A stretch of DNA of 64,000 bases from Cenococcum geophilum (taxonomy: Eukaryota): the NCBI GenBank assembly GCA_050273025.1, contig CP158635.1, positions 13,020,001 to 13,084,000 on the forward strand, read 5' to 3'. Under the pieces are notes generated by a model. The model was given only the letters and a program-made list of their open reading frames with translations, did no database searches and was not told the DNA's origin. The number at the start of each line of letters is the position of its first letter. The first letter of the stretch is position 1. This document shows, in pieces, positions 39,179-49,872 of this stretch. The position numbers and the translations under genes are program-made.

Positions 39179-40172
39179 TGCTTCTCCTATATATCTATAT
39201 AGTAAGGATAGCTATAACTCCGCTTTTAGGCAGATTATAGAAGTTTTAAGTTTCTCTTTTAAAAACTATTTATAAAATAATATAGCGGTTACAAAGCGCG
39301 CGTAATCTTTTCTACAAAGTAACTATTAGTGGCGTTTTTTAAGAAACCTGTACTATTCTTAGTCTAGCTATATAAATAAAGCTTTATAAATAGAATATTT
39401 TGCCTATATAAACTTTAATTTTATTACTTATTTAGATTAAAATCCTTTATCGGCAATATTATAATACAATCTTTTCCGCTAGTCTATATATAGGCAAAGT
39501 CTATTATCCTTTACTTCTACTTAGATTACCCTATTCTAAATTACTTAGTATATATTAAATAAGCTAGATATTTAAAAGGGGAGCTGCTTATAAAGGATGC
39601 CCTTAATACTTTAGCGGAATATACTAGGAATTCCTAGGAATTTAACCTAATTATTAAGAACTTAAGCTTAGGGGCGGAAGGGTTTAATTTAGTTCACAAT
39701 AATAATGGCACTAGAGTAAAACTCTAAGCTATTTTAGATTTTGGTATAGAATTATTAAAGAAGATAAATACTTAGATTTTAGATTTTATAGGCTAGATTT
39801 ATCCTTATATACCTTAGATCGACAATTACTTATTTTATACTACGAAACTTATAAGTATTAAACTTCCTATTTATAAGAGTATTAACACAAAGATAGTTTA
39901 AAAACTAGTTATTCTTTCTACCGTTATACTAACTAAGTCTTTAAAATTACTGCTTAGCTAATTAGAAGCTCTTAGGCATTAGAATAGTTATATATTAGAG
40001 GTTAGTAATCTTAATAAAACTTGCTAAAAAGATAGGGAGAAGAGCCTAGTATTATTTTAGATTATTAAGCTACTTAACTTAATTATATGGTTTCCTCGTT
40101 TTAATAATTTATACAATATTCTATAATAGTTTAATTAAATTAGATTTAGCTTCGTCTCCTATTATATCACTA

Positions 40173-40865
40173 TTAAGCTTCTATCTCCTTACCTCCGTTA
40201 TAGGTATTAGTATCTACCTTCTACTTATTTACGGCTTTCTCTAATAGCTTATCTACCTTCCGTTTATGTCCCCTTTCCTTTAGTAACTCTTTAGACTGCT
40301 CTTTTAACTAGTATTCTTACCTCGCTCTACCTCTTATTATCTATTTAAGCTCTTTATATATTTTAGCATATTAATTAAGTTAAGTCAGTTCCCGAGTATA
40401 ATATAATTAAATCTTATTATATGGTAAATTTATAGGTGGCTTCTAAGTAGGATCCTAATATACTAACACCGTGTTATTATTATTATTAATAGCAATATAT
40501 GCTAGGTACTCTAGGCCTTTATAATACTTTACTGCGGATATTTACCTAGGCTCCTATAACATGAGAAACTCTAAGCTTTTATTTATAACCCTAGCATAGG
40601 CGATTTCTCTAATATTCTTAAAACGAGATTTATTCTTTAAGTTTACCCCTATAATTATATTAATAATATTATAAACTAATTACTAGAACTTAGGCATTAT
40701 CCTTACTATAGTATACCTTAACGGCATATATGGTCTCATCCGCGATAGTATTACCGCCGCCACTATACAAAGAAACTATATTAAATGGTTAATTGGGTAT
40801 AAAGGATATTTGCTTCTATTTAGGATTAGAAGTCTATAGCTATTATTTAACTATAAAAGATATTA
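40173..40865 (-). pseudogene. Chromodomain-like gene relic
   Basis: Reverted IREIAHARVV..SLEFLMLWEP.W....(acidic run)..TVLVHWDPTWEPPINLPYDEI..Y. The LV.W..TWEP..NL segment (about 40425-40470) matches the chromodomain signature. One probable intron at about 40650-40716. Confidence 0.55.
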
Positions 40866-40909
40866 TCGGCAAGGTTATAAAATTAATATATACTAGAGTT
40901 AAAAGAGTT

Positions 40910-42603
40910 TAGAAAATAAAAGAGGGATAAAGGATATAGAGAAGGAATAAACAGTAAAGTAATGCCTCTTTTATATAGCGTAGAGCTCTAGCCATACCTT
41001 TAAGTATATTTCTCTAAAAGTTGCGTTATATAGACTACTAAGGTATAATTTTTTGCCGCTAAAGGTGTCCTTCCTTAAGTATAAGGCTTATCTTAACAGG
41101 TTTCTTATTTACTTAGGTCTTAGTAACTTATCTAGGAATCTCTAAGTCTTCGTCTTCTAATTTATAAGAAACTATACTATTATTAAGGACGCGGGATATC
41201 TATTAGTCTATAATTATACTATTAACCTTAAGGCGTTTATACGTCTAGGTTCTAGAGCCCATTTAAAGGCAGTATTTAACTTATAAGGGGTACCATCTAA
41301 TTACTTAGGCTCTATTTATAGAGTTTATAGTACTCTATATAGATATAACACATCTTAATAAGATATTTAAGTTTTATAGCTTTTTAGTAAATACTTTAAC
41401 CCTTAGCAGATTAACTATATGGCTCTTAGGGGCTCTCTAAGCTTATAAAGTTATTAAAACTATTAATTTATACTAAACGCTAGATTACGGTAGCTAATAC
41501 GTAGATAGGCTTATTTGGTCTTAATCTAAGCCTAGCGCTTAGTATATAACGCCTTAGTATAGGCAGCTATGCTTTCTATTATAAGTGCCATATATTATAT
41601 ACCTCTAAAATACTTAGTAGAAATAGCTATAAAGCTCTATACCTATAGGTTATATAAAAGTATAGTCTTTTAATAATATTAAATCATATATATCACCTTT
41701 ATTAACCTTAGAAAACTTACTAATAATCCTTATAGGTCCTTAAGCAGTATTCTAAAATAGATTGTTATTAAATATAATATCGCTTTATAAGCTTATATCT
41801 ATAAGTATAGGAAGTAAGTTTTAAAGGGGGTATCTAATAAGAGTTATTAAATATAGGGCTTTTATTATCTAAGAGTTAATTCTACTTACTATTACTTTCT
41901 AATTACTATCTTATTAATTTAGATCTAGCTACCTTTATATAACTATCCTCTATAGTTTTAAGCCATACCCTATTAAAATAAATGCCGAAGCTAAAGCCCT
42001 ATTATACTATAAAGAAACCATATAAGTCCTTAATCTTATTTCTTTCTAAGGAATATACTTTGCTATTTATAGCCTAATTTAGTTATATCTTATTATATTC
42101 TAAGCTAGACGCTTAAAGTTAACACCTTTAAGCATACTCCTCTAACTAAGATAAACTGCATTTATTAGTAACGCGCTATTAACTTATTATTAAAGAACGG
42201 CTTATAATTCTTCTTTATATAAGCTTCTTTAATAAGAAAGTAAAAAACTTATAACGCTATTATACGTGCAACAGATTTAAGAGAAGTTTTTAGATCTTTC
42301 CCCGCTAAAAGCTATAAGTTTTATACTTAGAAAATAAGTTATCTTACATATAGTATTAATTATTATCTTTAATTTTTATCCTCTTAGTATAGATTTAAGA
42401 ACGTCTTATAAAGGCCTATAATTCCTTTAATTACTCTAAGCAGTCTAAGTGCTGTTATATCTCTAACTCTACTAAAGCGTTTATATATTATTTCAACGCT
42501 AGTACTATATTCTTTAGCTATAAGTAGTATAATAGAGGTAATACTAACTATACATATTTCTAGTCTCCCCTAAATTTAATAATCTTGCTTATTTTCTTGC
42601 CAT
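40910..42603 (-). pseudogene. Possible RIP-inactivated gene, unknown function
   Basis: ATG at 42603 (MARKQAR...) and protein-like stretches downstream. No motif recognised. Confidence 0.25.
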
Positions 42604-42637
42604 TATATATAGAGTATAGAATATTACTGGCTTAACT

Positions 42638-43580
42638 GCCCGTATAGGGCGTATATTTATAACCCTTTTAACTAATAGATTATTTATCCTATAGGGAACT
42701 TTTATATATAATTCCTTTAACTACTAGATCTTTAGTGCTATTTTTAATTTTATCCCATATAGTATAAACAGCTAATAAATATAATAATCTACTAAATTTT
42801 AATCCTATATTAAAACTTAATTACCTAGATTTTATATCCTATTTTTTATAATATCCCATACGGAATAATTTAATAAAAAATCTTATAGAAACTAGAATTT
42901 ATATTCCATTTTAAAAATATATTTATAAAAGATAATATTTTATATAGGATTTCTACTAAAATTCTCTTCTTATATTTAGCTTTTAAATACCTCTTTTAAC
43001 ATCCTCCTATACGGGAAAAGTGGCTATAAAAATAATACTTTTATTATTTTCTATCCTATACGGAACTTTATTTAAAACCATTTAAATTTACTAGCTTTTT
43101 TTTTCTTATTTTCTACGCTATCCCGTATAAATAGTATTTTTAAAAAAAATAATAAAGTTCTAATTTCTCTATCTTATTTTTAGTATATAAGCGCAAAAGA
43201 AAATATCCTATATAGGATTTTTAGTAGAAATCCTTTTTATTTATAATTTCCGTATACCGTTTTATTATAATTCCTATATGGATAAAAATACTAAATAATT
43301 TATTTTAAGTAAGCCAACTAATCCTATACGGACTTACTACCCTTAGACTTTTAAATTTAGATTTTTTTATACCTATATGGACGAAAATACTAAGTAATTC
43401 TATTTAAGTAAGTCTGCTAATCCTATATAGATTAAGTACCCTTAAACTTTTAATTTTAGTTTTTTTAAGTTCCTATACGGAACGGAGTCCTATATAACTT
43501 CTATTTACTAGAAAATGCCTTCCCGTATAAATAAAATAGCCTTACCATATTAAAAACTATAGGAATTTCTTCCGCGTAGG
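42638..43580. repeat. Interspersed array of a near-palindromic motif TCC(C/T)(A/G)TA(C/T)GGA with A/T-tract spacers
   Basis: About 18 motif copies, e.g. tcccatacgga 42854, tcctatacggga 43005, tcctatacgga 43054/43322/43471, tcctatatgga 43272, tcccgtataa 43121/43521. Confidence 0.8.
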
Positions 43581-43619
43581 CTAAAACTATATAGCTACTA
43601 ATTAGAACTTAAAAGTAAT

Positions 43620-44236
43620 TTTAATTATTATATTATACGCAAGCAGATATAGGATATATAATTAAATAACTAGAAAGCTTTCTCTAATAGCTCTATACTA
43701 TTAACTTACCCTATAAGCAGATTGGTCTTTATTAATATGCTTATTACTAAAAGCTTTTATAATTTTAGCTATTATCTTTTCTACCTCTCCTATATAGTTA
43801 AGACTTTTATTTATAGTCTTTTTAAACTCCGTAATTTAGCGAAAACTTTTAGCTATTATTTTTTTAAACTTTGCTATCTGGCGAATCCAATCCTTTAAGG
43901 TATTAAGGTTGTGTCTTAAACACTTAATTATAGCCTACATCTTACTTATTTATCTGCTTTTACGTTTGGGTTTTAGGATTGGTAGATATAGATTTTAATA
44001 TTATACTTAGTAAGGTCTTCTACTTACTTATAAAGGTTATTAAATTTAGCTAAGTCGCCTTAGAATAGGTTTAGTTCTATAGTATCTTATTAAAGCCAGT
44101 TAATTAAAGGTATATTAGAACAAAATCTTTTAATTTTGCTTATAGATGGGGAATAAGGAGTAAAGTCTTTGGCTTCTGGATTAAGTTTCATTGGCGTTAT
44201 AGTAATAGTTATATTATTAAAATTCTAAGATTCCAT
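43620..44236 (-). pseudogene. Small helical protein relic with an N-terminal PAM2-like motif
   Basis: ATG at 44236. Unreverted MKLNPEAKDFTP at about 44156-44191 matches the PAM2 consensus LNxxAxEFxP with D in place of E. Confidence 0.45.
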
Positions 44237-44999
44237 TTCTAAAAGAAAGCTATTAAAATAATCTATTATAGAGAAAGAGTGTTTATAGTAAACAAAGGAT
44301 TAAAGATATTAAAAGATTTAAAGACTAAAAGTAATCTAAGACTAATTGTTGGGTAGTACTCTACGAACTCCTTTAAGATATTATATAACTCTTTACTATA
44401 AAATTAATTAAATTGCTTGCCCCTTACCTAGGCTAAATTATTATTTATATTTATAAACGCGCGCGGTTATAGGCGTAAAATATAAATTTATATTACGGCC
44501 TCCTAGCATATTTAGTGGTTAGCGTATTTTATTAACTTTCCCTTAAACCATAAAAATACCAAAACTTCCCCTACAAAAAGGCCATGTAGATATGGCTGCG
44601 CTAACTACTAGAGGTAATAGGATGCTATAGAGCTGTTTTCTATTTTCTTTTTTCTCTAGCGTTTACTAAAATAATTTTAATAGATTTTAGTATCTAAGTA
44701 AAAATAACGTAGGTAACGGGTTTTAACCAATACCCTAGATTTAACTAAAAGGAATATTAAAGCTTTACTTAAGTTATATCTATTATACCTAGGTAAGCCT
44801 TAGCACAATATTGCCTTTTAAATATACGTTACTTTAATTTTAGCTAAATAATAAAAATAGAGGCGGTACGCTAGCTTAGTCAAAACTAAGGTGTTAATAA
44901 AAACCCTATTAGACATAAATAATCTTAAATATTATTAAGTTTAAATATTATAAAATAAAATATTTTATATTTTATAAACTAAGTATATTTAAATTATCC

Positions 45000-46260
45000 C
45001 TTTTACTTAGCTAAGCTATCTTCTAATATATGCTAAAGCTTAAAACACTTTAGTAAAACAAGCTTAATAAATAGTAGTAGGTAAAAGTAGTTAAGGTCAC
45101 ACTATAATATATATAGGTGCTTTTATAGTAAGTAGTCTATAAATATTAAGACTAGTATAATATACCGGTTTATCTAACTTTATAATTACTAGCTTCTTAG
45201 TATTAAAAAGCTCCTCTAAAAAGTTATTTAAAACTTTATATCCGCTCTACCTATCCGGCTATTTAAGACTAAAAACCCTATTTTTTGCCCTTTATTATTT
45301 AATAAAGTCAACTTTATAAAGGTCTTTTTACGGCCGCCCGTTTATATATTTAAGTACTATATATCTAAGTTATTCTAGGTCTAAGTTTAATATTAAGGAC
45401 GCTAATTACTAAATATATTTTTTAAAATTAGCTATAAAACGTTAGATTTTAATATAAAGGTAGAATTAATTAGGGTAGCTATATAAAAGGACACGCCTAC
45501 TACGGCCGCAAATTCTAACTGCGTTTAAAGTAACGGATTTATAAAGTAACCCTACTATACTAATATGCTTAATTGCATTAAAGATCTATACTAATTTAGT
45601 ACTTTAATAAGCTCTAGTAATATTATTTAACTTACTAATATTATAATAACTTATATCTGCTATTTCTAGAGACGTAAGTAAATATAAAAAATCTCCTTTA
45701 AAGTAAAATAAGAATATTTATAGCTAAGGTATATCTAATCGTTATCTAAGAATACTTAACTAATTTAAGAAATATTTCTGTGATAAAGCAGTTAAAATTT
45801 TATAAGTTTTGCCTTGCCTTTCTCCGCTTTTAGCCTCTTTACCATTATTATTCCGTTTATACCTTTATTAATATAAATTATCTATAGCTAATTTCCTTAT
45901 ATAAGATCTCTAAGACGCGTTAGAGCTCTTTAAGGATTATAAGGCTGTATATTTAAGTCCGGATTTGCACTAGAAGGCATAAATAGGGAACTAGAGATAC
46001 TACAATTAGGATTTTAGCTAGTTAGTAAAAGCTTAACACGCTTTAAAGAATTATATAAAAGTGCTGCCTTAGTAAGGACTTTATAACCTTACGGCTAAGG
46101 GTAACGCTGAAAAGCTTCTTTAAAAACCTTTGCGCACTTTAGGCTTTCTTCTTTAGGCACTTCGGCCACTTTTAAGCGCTTTAAAATTAAGCTGCTCTCT
46201 ATATTATTAGGGGCTAGAAGTTTATAGGGAGAGTTTTAGTACCAGTGGCAAGACTTATAT
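45000..46260 (-). pseudogene. Protein-kinase-like (probable pseudokinase) gene relic
   Basis: Reverted MVKRL...KAELMKFQLL.HRNI.QI.QVF.D..QIYLGYEY..FTLEEI; IFDAIKHIS.VGLLHESVTLNAVRI; ANFE in the DFG position; DLEQLGYIVLECMNG; DFLEELF. Interrupted by short introns. Confidence 0.65.
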
Positions 46261-47347
46261 AATCTATAGCCACTAGTAGTTAGAAACAGTTTCTTTATTT
46301 ATATTAATAAAATTTATACTAAGCGTAGAAGTCTAAAATTATTTATATGGCTTTAGCGCTTTTAATAATAAATACTAAAAATATATTTATAAATAAAAAT
46401 TCGTTTTTACTAATTTTAAAATTACGGGAATTATATAGAATATTTAACCGCTATACGTTCGCATTATAAAGTAATTTTTATCCACTGTCCTTAACAAACT
46501 ATAGAATATAACTATATGCCTAGATACCTATTTCTTTAAAGTATACTATTTAGCCGTTAATGGGAAATATATAATAATAGCTTAACTATTTTAATACCTT
46601 CCGAGTATACCATAGATACTCTCGCCCCTTATTTACAGCCTTACCCGCAGCCTTTACCCGGTAATATTACCTTATAAGATATAGTAAACCCTAATAGAGT
46701 AAGTAGCACAACTATTTAAATAATCCCTACTGCAAATTAATACTTCTAGTTATCGCAGCTCTTGTAAGGCGAAATTTAGGCTCACAATTAAACATAAACT
46801 AAACTTTAGACCAAAATTGAGCGCTGTATTAAGATAGATAACGCTATATAGAAATAAACTAAATAAGCTTTAGAATGGTCTATATTATATTAAGAGGCTT
46901 ACACTGCTCTAGATTAGTATAGAATAGAAGAGGCACTATTATATAAAGAGATTTAAAGCTTAAAATTAGAGATAAAGGCACTTAATGTACAGGTATAATA
47001 TAATAAACTATATAGGAATCACTAGTTAACATATTTAGCAGGTAATCTCTACTAAAGATTCTAGATTAAATGCGATAGAATTAAAAGAGCGAAGGTTACG
47101 CACTGCACGTTGCATAAAACCTCGTTTACATCAGGAATTTTTTTTTTAGGCACGTTGTTGCAAGCGAAAATCGGGTCTGCAAAACCTGCGTAAGTCGCAA
47201 TTTGCGGCAATTCGCAGCAATTTGCTACAAACACGCAGCTACTTATAAGTAGCCTATGCAAATTGCTATAAATACGCAGCTACTTATAAGTAGCCTATGC
47301 GAATTGCTGCAAATTACCGCAAATTGCTAAAATCGCGACTTAAGCCA

Positions 47348-47600
47348 GCTCTGCACGAAGCTCCGCACGAAGCTCCGCACGAAGCTCTACACGAAGCTCT
47401 GCACGAAGCTCTACATAAAGCTCTACTAAGACTCTGCACGAAGCTCTGCACAAAGCTCTACACGAAGCTCTACACGAAACTCTACACAAAACTCTACGCA
47501 AAGCTCTATACAAAGCTCTATACAAAGCTCTACGTATAGAGGCTCTGCACGAGGCTCTACGCGAAGCTCTGCGTATAGAGGCTCTACACGAAGCTCCGCA
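47348..47600. repeat. 12-bp tandem repeat ((G/A)CACGAAGCTC(T/C))
   Basis: About 20 copies. Source of spurious ORFs 47297-47608. Confidence 0.9.
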
Positions 47601-47719
47601 TAACACATATTACTTCGGGTCCCCGCTATATTCCCGATAGCCTCTATATATAGGTAGCCACCTTATTTTTTACCCTTCCTTCCTTATATCCTCCCTACCT
47701 AGAGAGGCACTAGAACTGT

Positions 47720-48292
47720 AGCTAGCAGATAACCGTCGCCAGAACTAGATAACCGTTACTAGAACTAGACAACCGTCCCCAAAGCCAGACGATTGTTGCT
47801 AGAGCTAGACGACTGTTGCAAGAGCTAAACAACCGTCGCCAGAGCTAGACGACCGTTGTTATCTAGACAACCATTACTAGAGCTAGACAATCGTCGCAAG
47901 AGCCAGACGACCGTCGCCAGAGCTAGACAATCATCGCTAGAGCCAGACGACTGTCATTAGAGCTAGACAACCGTCGCCAGAGCTAGACGACCGTCGTTAG
48001 AGCTAGACAACCGTTGCCAGAGCTAGACGACCGTCGTTAGAGCTAGACAACCGTTGTTAGAGCTAGACGACCGTCGTTATCTAGATAACCGTTACCAGAG
48101 CTAGACGATTATCGCAAGAGCTAGACAACTGTCGCTAGAGCTAGACAATCGTCGCCAGAGCTAAACAACTATTATTAGAGCTAGACAACCGTCGCCAGAG
48201 CTAGACGACCGTCGCTAGAGCTAGACGACCGTTATTAGAGCTAGACAATTATTGCTAGAGCCAGACAACCGTTGCCAGAGCTAGACGACTGC
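47720..48292. repeat. 20-bp tandem repeat (AGAGCTAGAC(G/A)ACCGTCGCC), about 28 copies
   Basis: Directly visible head-to-tail units varying mostly by transitions. Confidence 0.95.
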
Positions 48293-48434
48293 TAACCGTT
48301 TAAACGACCTAGCCAGCAAACACTAAACGATTTAATCGGTCGAATCAAACCAGAGCATTATTATTAGTCTATTACCGAATTAAATTAAATTAAGCCCTTT
48401 TATAAAGGCACCCTAGATAACTACCATTTAGAGG

Positions 48435-48648
48435 TAGTATAGATAAATAGGTATAGACGGTAGGCATAGACAGGTAGGTATAGACAGTAGGCATAAATAG
48501 GTAGGTATAGACAGTAGGTATAGACAGGTAGGTATAGACAGTAGGCATAGATAGGTAGGTATAAGTAGGTGGGTATAGACAGACAGACAGATAGATAGAT
48601 AGGTAGGTAGGTAGGTAGGCAGGCAGGCAGGTAAGTAGGCAGGTAGGC
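48435..48648. repeat. Compound GTAG/ACAG/ATAG microsatellite with a 24-bp higher-order unit
   Basis: GTAGGCATAGACAGGTAGGTATAGACA-type units followed by (ACAG)n(ATAG)n(GTAG)n(GCAG)n. Confidence 0.85.
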
Positions 48649-48749
48649 ACTAGGCTAATTAACGATTTAAAGGCTCTAAGTAGATAGCTCTATATTTTAT
48701 ATAGTTATAATATAAATATATTTAAAAGTATATTATAGCAATCTATAGG

Positions 48750-48890
48750 AAACGTGTAAAATATACAAAACGTACGAAACGTGCGAAACGTACGAAACGT
48801 GCAAAACGTACGAAATGTATAAAATGTACGAAACGTATAAAACGTGCAAAACGTACAAAACGTATAAAATGTGCGAAATGTATGAAATGT
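48750..48890. repeat. 9-bp tandem repeat (AAACGT(A/G)C(G/A))
   Basis: About 15 copies. Source of the FRT-repeat ORF 48705-49064. Confidence 0.9.
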
Positions 48891-49659
48891 AAGGGCTACG
48901 TACAGGCTTCGCGCGGATTGCCGCAAAAAATATAGGCTTCGCGTAGGTTGCTGCAAACTACTATAAAAAATATAGGCTTCGCGCGGGTTACTGCAAACCG
49001 CCGTAAACCGCACAGGACCATATACGACTACCGCAACCGTATAGTTTGCAGCAAATTGCCGCAAATTGCTGCAAACCGCAACAACGAGCTAAAAAAAAAA
49101 TTTCCTGATGTAAGTGATAGAAAAGGGGGGCAACTACAGAATTATGCTCTAATTTAAGATATTAAATACTACTTAAGGGAATAACTAGGTTCTAAGAGCT
49201 ACAAGTTTAATTTAGTTTAAGAAATAAGAGATTAAAGCATTGCATATAGGAAAATTAAAGAAAAAAAAAGGTTAGAATAGTTCTGCGAATATTAAATATT
49301 ATATAATCAGCTGTATAAACCATTTAACGGTAGAGAAAACTATAACTATAAGCAAAGCACTTATATATTAAAAACGCCGAATAAGATCTATACTAAAGCT
49401 CCCTAATATAAAGCTATTCGTGGTTCTATTCTACTATTATTTATTAGAGCTAGTTGTGGTAAGCTATATATAAGCCGCTCTCTACGGCGTTCCTATAAAA
49501 GCTGCTATTAGGTGTATATAATAAGGATATAAAATTTTTAGCATTACTACCGCTTAGAAAGACAATGTAAAGGATTTCTTGCGCCGTAAGATTCTAAGGT
49601 TTATATCCCACCCGGAATTATAATCCTAAGTTAAAGCTGTATTATATGCCTGTCTCTTC

Positions 49660-49872
49660 TGTGAGGTGAGGATGTGGATAGGGAGCTCAATGATGGAACA
49701 ATAGGGTATATTGTATAGACAGAGACGAATCCTTAAGGGAGAAGGAGGAGTCTGAGGTGCGAGGTAAGGGGTTTCCATAGGCACGTGCAGCGTACATACC
49801 TCACAGGCGAGTTGCCTGCGGGTCGCCTGTACCTCGCAGCTATATAACTATATGCTTAGGTTTCACCTGACA
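49660..49872. mobile_element. Solo LTR (213 bp), lightly RIP-mutated
   Basis: TGTGAGGTGA...TCACCTGACA terminal inverted repeat (9/10 match). Flanks TCTTC (49655-49659) and TCTCC (49873-49877) form a 5-bp TSD with one transition. GC-richer than the flanks. Confidence 0.8.

Larger units (their letters stand above)
47129..49110. mobile_element. Non-autonomous TIR DNA element (TA TSD) filled with tandem repeats
   Basis: Left end CATCAGGAA-T(n)-AGGCACGTTGTTGC is an imperfect inverted repeat of the right end GCAACAACGAGCT-A(10)-TTTCCTGATG. TA on both flanks (47127-47128, 49111-49112). GCAATTTGCGGCAATT-type subterminal motifs occur in inverted orientation at both ends. No transposase motif. Confidence 0.85.

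Noticed and set aside
42638..43580. CRISPR array (repeat plus variable spacers)
   Set aside because: The repeat is only about 11 bp and degenerate, spacer lengths vary in steps, some spacers are duplicated, and there are no cas genes. Kept as an unexplained motif array.
47720..48292. CRISPR array
   Set aside because: Head-to-tail 20-bp units with no unique spacers, no cas genes, and a eukaryotic context.
47061..49157. Supplied ORFs 47061-47261, 47297-47539, 47340-47606, 47426-47608, 48390-48650, 48705-49064 and 48948-49157
   Set aside because: They are translations of tandem repeats and TIR sequence, open in several frames at once.
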